From: the human T2T-CHM13v2.0 reference genome, Homo sapiens
Length of the DNA: 64,000 bases
Strand: one strand, 5' to 3'
NCBI RefSeq assembly: GCF_009914755.1
Contig: NC_060925.1
Part shown: positions 1 to 11,971 of the stretch, in pieces
Numbering within the stretch: the first letter of the stretch is position 1
How the letters are laid out: each line of letters begins with the position of its first letter
The notes under the pieces: model-generated
What the model was told of the DNA's origin: nothing
The model's input: the letters and a program-made list of their open reading frames with translations, nothing else
Database searches by the model: none
Position numbers and translations under genes: made by a program

Positions 1-77
1 AAAAGGCAGGAAAAATTAAGCAAAAAGCCCCAAGACCTTCATATGGTCTTTATTCGCCTGCTGTAAACATTAAGTAC

Positions 78-1995
78 TTTCTTTTTTCTTTTTTTAATTA
101 TATTTTAAGCTCTCGAATACTTGTGCAGAATGTGCAGGTTTGTTAAATAGATATACACGTGCCATGGTGGTTTGCTGCACCCACTAACCCATCATCCAGA
201 TTAGGTATTTCTCCTAATGCTATCCCTGCCTTAACCCCTCATCCTCTGACAGGCCCCAGTGTGTGATGTTCCCTGCCCTGTGTCAATGTGTTCTCATTGT
301 TCAACTCCCACTTATGAGTGAGAACATGTATGTTTGGTTTTCTGTTCCTGTGTTAGTTTGCTGAGAATGATGGTTTCCAGCTTCATCCATGTCCCTGCAA
401 AGGACATGAAATCATCCTTTTTTATGGCTGCATAATATTCCATGGTGTATATGTGCCACATTTTCTTGATCCAGTCTATCATTGATGGGCATTTGGGTTG
501 GTTCCAAGTCTTTGTTATTGTGATTAGTGCCACAATAAACATACATGTGCATGTGTCTTTACAGTAGAATGATTTATAATCCTTTGGGTATATATCCAAC
601 AATGAGATTGCAGGATCAAATGGTATTTCTAGTTCTAGATCCTTGAGGAATCACCACACTGTCTTCCACAATGGTTGAACTAATTTACACTCCCACCAAC
701 AGTGTAAAAGCATTCTTATTTCTCCACATCCTCTCCGGCATCTGTTGTTTCCTGACTTTTTAATGATCATCATCTTTGTGGTGTTCTCTGTATTTCCCGA
801 ATTTGAATGTTGGCCAGTCTTGCTAGGCTGGGGAAGTTCTCCTGGATAATATACTGAAGAGTGTTTTCAAACTTGGTTTCATTTTCCCCATCACTTTCAA
901 ATACACCAATCAAATGTAGGTTTGGTCTTTTCACATAGACCAACATTTCTTGTAGGCTTTGTTAGTTCCTTTTCATTCTTTTTTCTCAATCTTTTCTTAA
1001 CGATTTATTTCATTAAGTTGATCTTCAATCTCTGATATCCTTTCTTTCACTTGATCGATTCAGCTATTGATACTTGTGTATGCTTCACAAGGTTCTCTTG
1101 CAGTGTTTTTCAGCTCCATCATGCCATTTATGTTCTTCTCTAAACTGGTTATTTTAGTTAGCAATTCCTGTAACCTTTTTTCAAGGCTCTTAGCTTCCTT
1201 GCTTTGGGTTAGAATATGCTTTTTTAGCTTGGAGGAGTTTGCTATTACCCACTTTCTGAAGCCTACTTTTGTCAAATTGTTAAACTCATTCTCCATCCAG
1301 TTTTGTTTCCTTGCTGGCAAGGAGTTGTGTTCCTTCAGAGGAGAAGAGGCATACTCTTTTTTAGAATTTTCAGCCTTTTTGTTCTTGTTTTTCCTTATCT
1401 TCGTAGATTTATCTACCTTTGGTCTTTCGTTTTGGTGACCTTCGGATGGGGTTTTTGTGTGGACATACTTTTTGTTGATGTTGATGCTTTTTCCTTTCTG
1501 TTTGTTAGTTTTCCTTCTAACAGTTAGGCCCCTCTGCTGCAAGTCTGTTGGAGTTTGCTGGAGGTCCACTCCAGACCCTGTTTGCCTGGGTGTCACCAGC
1601 GGAGGCTGCAGAACAGCAAAGATTGCTGCCTGTTACTTCCTCTGGAAGCTTTGTCACAGAGGGGCACCTGCCAGATGCCAGCAGGAGCTCTGCTGTATGA
1701 AGTGTCTGTCGACCCCTGCTGGGAGGTGTCTCCTAGGCAGGAGGCATGGTGGTCAGGGACCCACTTGAGAAGGCAGCCTGTCCCTTAGCAGAGCTTGAGC
1801 ACTGTGCTGGGAGATCTGGTGCTCTCTTCAGAGCTGGCAGGCAGGAACATTTAAGTCTGCTGAAGTTGTGCCCACAGCTGCCATTTCCCCAGGTACTCTG
1901 TCCCAGGGAGATGGGAGTTTTACTTATAAGCCCCTGACTGGGGCTGCTGCCTTTCTTTCAGAGATGCCCTTCCCAGAGAGGAGGAATCTAGATAG
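78..1995 (-). mobile_element. Older L1PA (L1PA7/8-like) with large internal deletion
   Basis: Poly-T tail ~78-95; 3'UTR and ORF2 C-terminus (YPKDYKS...TWNQPKC) run to ~770 and join directly to mid-ORF1 and partial 5'UTR. Confidence 0.9.
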
Positions 1996-2526
1996 GCTCA
2001 TTCACAGTCTTTTTAAAACTTTTGTAGTAAAAGATATAGTAAAATTTATCTCTAAATAGTTTAAAAATATCATACAAGAGTAGTATTATCTTTCAGTCTT
2101 GACAAAACATTGGATTGCATTGCTAATAGAAATTAATATAAAATTATAACCATGGTTGATTATATGATGGGGAAGTTGAGCTGACACCATTGTATTCCTA
2201 GGGATTCAATTAGTGATGGTCTGCAATACTTCTTTAGAAATTTTGAAGATATTAATAAAATCCTGGATTCTAGAAAACAAGCCAAAAGTATAAGTACTTC
2301 CAAAAATACTTTGAAATTGATGTGTTTAATACTGGTTTGGCATGATATGTAAGTAAAATTAATACCATAAACAGAATGATATTAAAATCCCAATAATTCC
2401 TTGCAAACTTCAAAGGATTATGACATTTTTAAATGAAAAATGAGGTGATAAGATTCATAAGAAGATATCACTGATACTTAACAACCTGCAGTTTTTAAAA
2501 ATTTTGACTCCAAATCCTGTAATATA

Positions 2527-3569
2527 AAGTCAGTCTTTGCTTTGCATGTTAATGCAGGACTGTAAAAATTGATCATGCAAGCTAAAATCATGTGAAAGGA
2601 TCTCAATAATCAAGAGAGAGAATTATGATCACCCTGTGACTTGAAACATCTTTGTCAAAATATTCAAAACCCACTTACTATTGGTTATAAATATATAGGG
2701 AAGTGAAAAACAGTACAATATAATTTACTTAGCACACTATACTTTAAAACATTAAAACATTTGGAATTAAAGTCTTTTTCCCTTGTATTAACTTACCAAG
2801 AATGTTTTGAGCAATGTTTGCCTTCATCTTCTGTTACTTAAAGATACAGAGTATCTTTGTATTCCTTGGTGAATTTTCATACTCCTTTTAATGTTTGGAT
2901 CAGCTTCTGATATTTTATACTTTGTGCTTTCCCTCTTGGGGAATATCTCTGAGAGTTCCTTTAATGGGAAGTTTTCTGCCAGTGTCACTTCATTTAAGAC
3001 ACCTTCATTCTTTTCACAACAATCACTTCCCTCCTCCAGGTTCCTCTAGCTTCACCTCTAAAGTCTCTCAAACAGTAGCATTCTCAGCATTCCCACGGTC
3101 AGCTATTTCCTCTATAGCTTCTTTTATATTTAATTCAAATCTCACTTCTAGCATTGTCCCTTTTCTTCTTTGCACATTCATCTTTGTTGCCCAATTTCCT
3201 CTTTCTATTATTCACTCATGTCAGATGGGTATGGGTTTATTACTGAGACACAATGAGACCACAGGACTACACACCTACATGCTTTGCTGTTTTGCACAGC
3301 ACAGAATAATAGTCAAACTGACAAACTTTGACATATGTAAAGCAATTGGTCACTGATTATGATGTGGATTTGTTACTTCTATGGTGACTCATGGACTGAA
3401 GACCTAGTGGTAGTTTATACTTCGTGCAGTTACTAAGAGTTACTATACTGTGGCAACTGAAATTTGTGGCACACATTTCAAACTTGTTGTTGGGGAATTT
3501 GTGTTATTTAACTAAAACTTTGCTGACTGAAATTTGTGCATTTTGAAACTGGGCAAAACAAAGACAGCC
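2527..3569. mobile_element. TcMar-Tigger-type DNA transposon relic
   Basis: Imperfect terminal inverted repeats (CAGTCTTTGCTTTGC... / ...GCAAAACAAAGACAG) flanked by TA. Confidence 0.5.
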
Positions 3570-4177
3570 TATATCAGAAAAATGAAGAAGACTGTGTTGA
3601 TTTTGTTGAATATTTTTGTGTTTGCTTTGAAATTATATACTACTAGAAATAAGTTTTGTGTTTGCTTCTGAGTGATATAGTACTTCTACAAGCTTGGAAC
3701 TATTTTGTATTGTTGATTTCTTGGATCAGACATTTTAAGACAAATAGAATACATTTAATCTCTAAACTCCTGTGAGAGCAAACCTGTGATTAAAACTTTT
3801 TGTAAGAAAAAAAAAAAAAGGAAATCTAGCCAGAGCTTAAGGCGACCACAAGATTCCTTCTTGTCTTTTGGTTCAGTTGGATTTTTTTTTTTCCTGACCA
3901 ATTTTATTGAGGATACAGTAGAAGATTTCTTGCACTTTTATTTGGTGGTCTCAACATGATCTTATGACCTATGTGGATACTGTGGTCAAAGCCCTCAGGA
4001 ACCCACTCTTGTCAATGTCTTGGGAAGCTCAAGTGTTAGCTTCTATTTCCCTATCTAGTTCTTAATTTCTTATTTGTTTTGTTTTTTGCAGACTTTCTTA
4101 TCTTGTGAGTTCAATGCATACATGTATAAATAATTTTTAAAATTATAGCTTACCCAGTATATCTATGTGTTTTGTAG

Positions 4178-4470
<293 letters not shown>

Positions 4471-4939
4471 CATAAACACAGAAATCTAAGGACTAAGTGA
4501 AAAGCAATATTTTAGGCTTCAAAATTTAGCCAGGGTGGTGCTTAGAATGAATGGGTAGGGAGTTTAGGTAGAATTGGTGATAAGATAGAGAGGAGACCCA
4601 AGGGATTCAAACAAAGGATAAGTAGAAAGCAATATGAGATCATAGAAAAGTTAAACATTAAGACAAAGAAGCCCAGAAGAGACAGAAAATACTGTATAAA
4701 CAGAAATGAACAGAAGCACAGGACAAGTCAAATAATATTAAAGTTGAAATGGAACTAGAAAATATCAAGTTCCTCCAATTTTGTCATTTTACAGTGGGGA
4801 ATTAGTGCTTCTAGTAAGTGGTAAATCTAGGAGTTTTCATAGCTCTCAGACTGGGACCTTTTTGGCTGTTGCAGAGGGCAGAGGGTGGAGGATATACGCT
4901 AGCCACAGGAACTATGCTTGGAGGCCAGAAAGAAGGAGT

Positions 4940-5270
4940 GAATCACTTCAATAAGAGTTGAGGAGGAAATGAAAGGCCATGTAAGAGTCACGTGGCTGTG
5001 GGAGGCTTGTGGGGTTTCCGTAATGGGGAAGTAGGCAGAGGGCAAGGTTTCTGCTGGGAGGAAGGGATGACAGAGCTGTGTGGGGTGGGAACATGACACT
5101 GGAGTTCTGAGGAAATCTCTCTCTCTCTCGGGGTGCAAAAGTCACCCACTAGAGTGGTCTTAGGGAAGTGACAGGCAAGAAGAGCCCAGGCGAAGGCAAA
5201 CACAACAACGTCTGTGGTCTGAGCAAAAGGACAAGAAAAGGGAAGTTGGGGAAGGACAGGAAGAGCACTG
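4940..5270. promoter_or_regulatory. Candidate myeloid/dendritic-cell enhancer ~4 kb upstream of CD1C
   Basis: Apparently non-repetitive; EICE GGAAATGAAA 4965-4974, E-box CACGTG 4989-4994, three GGGAAGT ETS cores, RUNX TGTGGT 5213-5218. Confidence 0.45.
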
Positions 5271-5912
5271 GGCTCCCTCGGGACAACCCAGCCCCTCTGT
5301 TCAGGCTGGGTTCTAATCATAGGGTGTCCTACCCACTTCAGATTATTCTCTTAGGATTTTGTGTGTTCAGAGAGCTTAATAACCACTTACTCCTCTCCCC
5401 ATTGCATTTTATATCAATTTCAGATTCTTGCATCTATATTTATAAGTATTCACCAGTGTAAAGAGTCTGCCAGTTTCCCTTCTTACACTACCTCCACCCT
5501 TCCTTTTTAGGGATAGATGTACATAAACTCTTGTGTATAAAATTGTCATACTTAGGAGTCTGGGTTATTTTTCATGAAAGCAATTTGAATATTTTAGGCT
5601 GATAGACATTCTAAGGATCACGTTTTCCATGGCAGCTCTGGGGCAGAGCACTGCATGGACATGGAGGGATATGGACTGTGACACACCGGCAGGGACTGTG
5701 GCTGTGATCTCTGTCCCACAGGATGAAAGCAGGACTACATATCAGTCAGATCAGAGAGGAAAAACCAGGTGGAGGGAGAGAAATGACATGGTGACTGTGT
5801 GGAGCAAAGGAGAGGGAAGTTTTCGGAGAACACACATTTCTAGGTATCTATTTGAATGCGTATTGCCATGATGGGGGTGAGGGTGTTACTTACTCTTCTA
5901 GGCACCCTGAGG

Positions 5913-5922
5913 GGGAATTTCC
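5913..5922 (+). promoter_or_regulatory. Consensus NF-kB site
   Basis: GGGAATTTCC within GGGGGAATTTCCC; motif match only. Confidence 0.4.
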
Positions 5923-6176
5923 CATAAATACTTTTTGTTTTTTTTTCCTCACCCCTTAATCTTTCCTCTGAAAACAGACTGATTTATCTCACTGATAAAT
6001 TCAGGAGGGAAACTGGGCAAGTATATATCAGCACCTCCTACTGCCCTTTACCTCTCTGGGCAAGTTGCTCCCCAAAGGCTCAGTCTTGCTCTCCTCCTCC
6101 AGGCCCTGGCTCTCACAGGAACAGCTGCTCAGGTGGGGAACTTAGGGTTTTATCAGCATTGCCTGAAATAAGTGAG

Positions 6177-6636
6177 TGTATTAGTCTTCTTGGGCTGTGC
6201 TAACACAAGGCAATCAGCTGGGTGGCTTAAACAACAGGAAGTTATTCTCTCACAGCTCTAGAGGCTAGAAGTTCAAAGTCTCCATCTGGAAGACTCAGTT
6301 TCTAGTGAAGGTTCTCTTCCTGGTTTATACAGACAACTGCCTTCTCACTATGAGCTCATATGGCCTTTCCATGGTGGGTGCACACACACACACACACACA
6401 GAGACAGAGAGCGACAGGGAGAGACAGAGAGACAGAGAAGGAAAGTGGAAGGGCACTCCAGTGTCTCTTCTTATAAGGACACTAAGCCTATTGGATCAGG
6501 GTCTTACCGTTTAGACATGAGATTGACATTACTTCTTAGAGGCCCCATTTCCAAATATAATCACACTGAGAGTTAGGGATTCAACATGTGATTTTTTTTT
6601 TCTTTGGGAGGGTACACAAACTTTCAGTCCATAACA
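6177..6636. mobile_element. MLT1-type MaLR solo LTR containing a (CA)n/(GA)n tract
   Basis: TGTATTAGT...GGTGGCTTAAACAACAG...CAGTCCATAACA termini typical of MLT1. Confidence 0.75.
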
Positions 6637-6834
6637 ATGAGAAGGCCACTCCATTTAGGGTCCAGTATGAGCAAGATCACTTGGATTACACACTTAAAGC
6701 AAATTATCTAGTGGCACTATCAGAAGTCAAGATTGACCATTAGATCCATCTATCTCATGTTATTTTCAACTTGTTTGCTTCTGAATTCAAGAGGGCAAAA
6801 AGGATGATACTTACTGGGTTTTATAATATTATCC

Positions 6835-7150
6835 AATATAGCTAGGTTATGTTGCAGTTATAAATAAACTTTAGAACTTGGAGGCTTAACACAATGAAGT
6901 TTATTTCTCATGCAGTTAAACTGCATGTAGATCAGGCTGCTCTTCTCCATCTCATAGTCTTGCCATTTAGAAATTTGACTGCCAAGTTGGTACCACAGGG
7001 TAAGATGATCAGATGTGATATTTTCAGTGGTCAGGACTGGAGCTGGCTAATGCTTCCAACACCACACATTCCATTGCCCAGAACTCAGTCCATGACCTTA
7101 ACCCAACTATTAGGAAATAGGACAGTTGCATCTTTCCTGTAGGAACATGG
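6835..7150. mobile_element. Degraded MLT1-like LTR fragment
   Basis: GCTAGGTTATGTTGCAG...GGCTTAACACAATGAAGTTTATTTCTC and CACATTCCATTGCCCAGAACTCAGTC motifs. Confidence 0.45.
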
Positions 7151-7499
7151 AAAAAAATGTGAATAAACACATAATGTGGTATCTACTATTGTTTTCTAAA
7201 ACCACAAACCAAGTATTTGCCATTAACAGCACAAGATGAGCAAAGATAACACCTAGTGCTTATGAATGATTTGGGTAGGATTTGAACTGGGTATTGCTCT
7301 TAAAGATATTATAGTTCATAGAAATTGCCACATATCTGTGGCCATGATAGGAAGAGCTCATTGAGAATGACTTCTGGCCTCACTATTAACGTTGACAAAC
7401 CTAAGAAATAGTGTATATATCAAAGTATCATGTTGTACACAGTAAATACATAGAATAAATATAAATTTAAAACAGAAACAATGTTACAAATGGGATTTT

Positions 7500-7790
7500 C
7501 CTTTTTAAGGCACGGTCTTGCTCTGTTACCCAGGCTGGAGTACAGTGACATGAACATGGCTCACTACAGCCCTGACTTTCAGGGCTCAAAAGATCTTCCT
7601 GCCTCTGCCTCCCATTTAGCTGGGACTACAGGCATGTGCCACCACATTTGGCCAACTTTTTAATTTTTTTATCGAGATGAGGTCTAACTTTGTTGCCCAG
7701 GCTGGTCTCAAACTCCTGGGCTCAAGTGATCTTCCCACCTTGGTCTCCCAAAGTGCTGGGATTACAGGCATGAGTCATTGTGCCTAGCAC
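7500..7790 (-). mobile_element. AluJ
   Basis: Divergent reverse Alu with AluJ-type CTCCTGGGCTCAAGTGATC. Confidence 0.9.
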
Positions 7791-8879
7791 AAATTCATGC
7801 CCAGATTTTAAGTGACTGCTCCAATGCATTCAGTGAATAATTAATATGATTTAAGAAACACTATAATAATAAATGTATTTCCTGGATCTCAAAAAAACTG
7901 TGTTCATGTATTTACACATATTAACCAGCCAGGGTCACTGATAAGTCACTGAATACTTCATATAAACTACTTAAATCAAACATTGACAAATGCTGCCCTT
8001 TTTATACAATGTGTTTTGGTCAGATCACAAAACAACTTAAATTTGGATTTTTGTGGTCTCCCCATGTATGAGTCCTCTTGAAAAGCTGCATGTTCTGACT
8101 ATCACAATCGTATACCATTCCACACTGTACAGAATTTTCAGTATTTAGTTGAGATGCATGCTGTTCTTCCAGGACTTCAAATTATGAACTTCCCAGGGGG
8201 TTAGTCAGTCAAAATGCTGCTCTAGAGAATATAGTTCTAAGTAGATTTGTATCTGGGATTCTATACATTGAAATTAAAATCACAATGCATTTTAATTTTT
8301 TGTTTAAACATCTGCAGTTTAAAACTCTTTGATAGAAGAGATTACATTGTTAACCTCTGTGTGTTTATATGCCTAGTAAGACACTGGTATCAACCATGTA
8401 CTATGTAATTTTTTAGTGAATGACTATACAGATTAAATGCAGTAGAAGGGCTTCTTTATATTTGTTATGGTCCTATGCATTCTGAATGGCTGCAATTTAA
8501 TCTCTAAGGATAATGTAGAGTGGACTGTAGTTTATATAATTGTGCAGGGAAATCTTGGAAGATGTAAAAAGCAACGTCTCCAATTTATAAAAGAATCAGT
8601 GAGAATGAGGAAATAAGAAAGATGGGTGAAAAGAGGTGAAATTGGAAAGAGAAAACTTTGAGGACATTCAAAAGGGGGAAAGAAAGAATGGAGTGATGAG
8701 AAGAGGGGACACTATGGAGAGTGGAGGCAAAGTTAAGTGGAGAAACTGGAAGAACTGTGATCTATTAAAACAAGCAGGAACTGAAAAAATGACATGGTTT
8801 CTCCTTTTTATCTTACAAATGACATGCAAAATCCAGAGGGACAAAATGACCTTTCTTTCAATGCCATACACCACTTTGT

Positions 8880-9161
8880 CTAAGGCAGTTGAGGAAGGGA
8901 AGTAGATATAATGGAGCTTAGTGGCAGAGCAGCTGGAATCCTGAGAGAAGAGAATAACTTTAGTTCAGAGCAGGTGGGGAAATGAGAGATTGAGTAGGAG
9001 GACCAAGGTTGAGGGAAGCAGATCTTCTTAGTTGCTGTCAGCGGCTGATGGGGAAGATTGTTGGTAGAAGGAAGTCAGAATATAGGTACAGAGGGATAAG
9101 TTTGCTAAGAACAGAGATCAGCAAACAGCTTTTCTGAGAGAAAGAAACATCTGCAAATGAC
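8880..9161 (+). promoter_or_regulatory. CD1C proximal promoter/5'UTR
   Basis: ETS cores (GAGGAAGGGAAGT ~8891, AGGAAGT ~9069) and GATAAG. The ~100 bp before the ATG is visibly homologous to the CD1B upstream region (gaagtca..aggtac.gagg..aag.tttgct..gagatca). Confidence 0.65.
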
Positions 9162-9222
9162 ATGCTGTTTCTGCAGTTTCTGCTGCTAGCTCTTCTTCTC
9201 CCAGGTGGTGACAATGCAGACG
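9162..9222 (+). CDS. CD1C: CD1c exon 1 (signal peptide)
   Basis: ATG at 9162 encodes MLFLQFLLLALLLPGGDNAD plus G, followed by donor GTAAGA at 9223; matches the CD1c leader. Confidence 0.97.
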
Positions 9223-9867
9223 GTAAGAACATCGCTGTCAGCTGCAAGGTTACATGTATCTGGGTAGAGTGTGCTGGGCTTTCCCGAGATGGATCAATAG
9301 AGATGCCAGAATGCTTGCCATCTGAGCATACCTGTCTCCAGGTCCAGTTTACTCTTTTGGAGGATGGTGGCAGAGCATGGGCTCTGTGTAAGGAAAATGT
9401 TATAGCTAAAGTAGTCATTAATGTTTCTCTGTGGTAACTGGTTCAATTTCCATTTCCTCTCCATTTTCCGTTAAAACAATCAGGGCCCAGGAAAATGATG
9501 TGGTTTCTCCTTTTTATGTTACAAATGACACGCAAGGTCCAGAGGGATGAAGCAACCTTTCAATGCCACGCACCACTTTGTCTAAGGCAGTTGAGGAAGG
9601 GAAGTAGATAAGATGGAGCTTAGTGGGAGAGCAGCTAAAATCCTAAGGGAAGAGAGTAACTTTAGTTCAGAGCAGATGGGGAAATGAGAGATTGAGTAGG
9701 AGGCCTAAGGTTAAGGGAAGCAGATTGTCTTAGTTGCTGTCAGTGGCTGATGGGGAAGATTGTCTGTTGGTAGAAGGAAGTCAGAATATAGATGTAGAGG
9801 GATAAGTTTGCTAAGAACAGAGATCAGCAAATGGCTTTTCTGAGAGAAGGAAACAACTGCAAATGAC

Positions 9868-9928
9868 ATGCTGTTTCTGTAGTTTCCGCTGCTAGTTCTT
9901 CTCCTCCCCGGTGGTGACAATGCAGATA
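9868..9928 (+). pseudogene. Duplicated, inactivated CD1C leader pseudo-exon
   Basis: ATG CTG TTT CTG TAG (codon 5 CAG>TAG); donor changed from GTAAGA to GTATGA at 9929. Confidence 0.9.
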
Positions 9929-10230
9929 GTATGAACATCTCTGTCAGCTGCAAGGTTACATGTATCTGGGTTGAGCATGATGGGCTTTCCCAAGATGGAT
10001 CAATGAAGAAGCCAGAATGGTTGCCATTTGAGCATACCTCTCTCCAGGTCCAGTTTACTCTTTTAGAGGATGGTGGCAGAGCATGGGGCTCTGTGTAAGG
10101 AAAATGGTATAGCTAAAGTAGTCATTAATGTTTCTCTGTGGTAACTGGTTCACCTTCCATTTTCTCTCCATTTTCCTTGCCTCTCTTTTTTTTTTTTTCC
10201 TTACACTACTTGCCCTTCTTCCACCAAAAG

Positions 10231-10497
10231 CATCCCAGGAACACGTCTCCTTCCATGTCATCCAGATCTTCTCATTTGTCAACCAATCCTGGGCACGAGG
10301 TCAGGGCTCAGGATGGCTGGACGAGTTGCAGACTCATGGCTGGGACAGTGAATCAGGCACAATAATTTTCCTGCATAACTGGTCCAAGGGCAACTTCAGC
10401 AATGAAGAGTTGTCAGACCTAGAGTTGTTATTTCGTTTCTACCTCTTTGGATTAACTCGGGAGATTCAAGACCATGCAAGTCAAGATTACTCGAAAT
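10231..10497 (+). CDS. CD1C: CD1c exon 2 (alpha1 domain)
   Basis: Polypyrimidine tract and AAG acceptor; 267 nt encoding (A)SQEHVSFHVIQIFSF...QDYSK; donor GTAAGT at 10498. Confidence 0.97.
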
Positions 10498-11180
10498 GTA
10501 AGTTCAATCATCTAAATTATGGGAGTTCTTTAGAATGTTCTATTTCAGGGAAATATTCTCTACTAATTTTTGGGCCATTTCCCATTATCCCATCCCACCA
10601 TAAAATTCTGCATAGATGAACCTTTTAAGGGATATTCCTGATGTTGACTCCCTCAAATTTCCTAGGCTCTTGCTATTTTTGGAATTTTTTTTCTTGTGCT
10701 TTGTTATCTTCCACCTGTGGTCTCCCTCTGTATCCTACAATCCAGAGATACACAGCTGTCCCACTCTGTGCTTGACTCCCTTAAAATAAAATCTATTCCC
10801 CCATTCAATTTCTTCAAAGATCTATGTCCACAGTTCAATGACCATTATGACCAATTTCATGCGTCATGGAATGCTATCCTCCTACCTCCCTCACAAAGGC
10901 TCCCCCTTCACCCTCTATCCTATATTATGTGGCTCACCTATCATTTTTCCACATCTTCCTTGGCCACTTTTTCTTGTTAATTCAAGGCATTTATCTCTTA
11001 TTGTCCCCTTCCCTATCCCCAGCAATTTTTCTCTCTTGTTTCTGATCAAATATGTCTTTGGCTCACTCTCACATCCATGTAAAACTTTCTTGCTTCACTT
11101 CCTGATACAGCCCTAGGTTTTTATACTGTTGTTTTCACTTTTTTGTTTGAACTCTTTTTCTCATTCCTCCCTTCCTCCAG

Positions 11181-11462
11181 ATCCCTTTGAAGTACAGGTG
11201 AAAGCGGGCTGTGAGCTGCATTCTGGAAAGAGCCCAGAAGGCTTCTTTCAGGTAGCTTTCAACGGATTAGATTTACTGAGTTTCCAGAATACAACATGGG
11301 TGCCATCTCCAGGCTGTGGAAGTTTGGCCCAAAGTGTCTGTCATCTACTCAATCATCAGTATGAAGGCGTCACAGAAACAGTGTATAATCTCATAAGAAG
11401 CACTTGCCCCCGATTTCTCTTGGGTCTCCTGGATGCAGGGAAGATGTATGTACACAGGCAAG
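11181..11462 (+). CDS. CD1C: CD1c exon 3 (alpha2 domain)
   Basis: CTCCAG acceptor; 282 nt encoding (Y)[15 protein letters not shown]...MYVHRQ; donor GTCAGT at 11463. Confidence 0.97.
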
Positions 11463-11692
11463 GTCAGTAGTTTCAGCCCCTTCCTCTAAGATTTTTCTAT
11501 TCAAGTACTGCCCCTTCTGTTCCCACCCTTCAAACTCAGGACAAGAAAGAGGACAAGAAGCAGGGGGGTTGCTGGGTAATAGTTTCTTAGAGGCAGGAAA
11601 AAGATAACTGTGCATATTCATGTGGATGTGTGTATGTGGATGTAAGTTGTGTGTAAGTTTCTTCATCAGAACACTTTTTCTGCTCTCTGCAG

Positions 11693-11971
11693 TGAGGCCA
11701 GAAGCCTGGCTGTCCAGTCGCCCCAGCCTTGGGTCTGGCCAGCTGTTGCTGGTTTGTCATGCCTCCGGCTTCTACCCAAAGCCTGTTTGGGTGACATGGA
11801 TGCGGAATGAACAGGAGCAACTGGGCACTAAACATGGTGATATTCTTCCTAATGCTGATGGGACATGGTATCTTCAGGTGATCCTGGAGGTGGCATCTGA
11901 GGAGCCTGCTGGCCTGTCTTGTCGAGTGAGACACAGCAGTCTAGGAGGCCAGGACATCATCCTCTACTGGG
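11693..11971 (+). CDS. CD1C: CD1c exon 4 (alpha3 Ig-C1 domain)
   Basis: TGCAG acceptor; 279 nt encoding (V)RPEAWLS...[13 protein letters not shown]...CRVRHSSL...ILYW; donor GTAAGA at 11972. Confidence 0.97.

Larger units (their letters stand above)
8765..10176 (+). repeat. 706-bp head-to-tail tandem duplication of the CD1C promoter, exon 1 and start of intron 1
   Basis: Copy 1 is 8765-9470 and copy 2 is 9471-10176; both start TTAAAACAA and end CCATTTTCC; the two ATGs (9162, 9868) are 706 nt apart. Confidence 0.95.

Noticed and set aside
9038-9953. Pair of similar minus-strand ORFs (9038-9418, 9711-9953) as a duplicated small gene
   Set aside because: They are antisense shadows of the 706-bp duplication with different starts and ends and no coding hallmarks.
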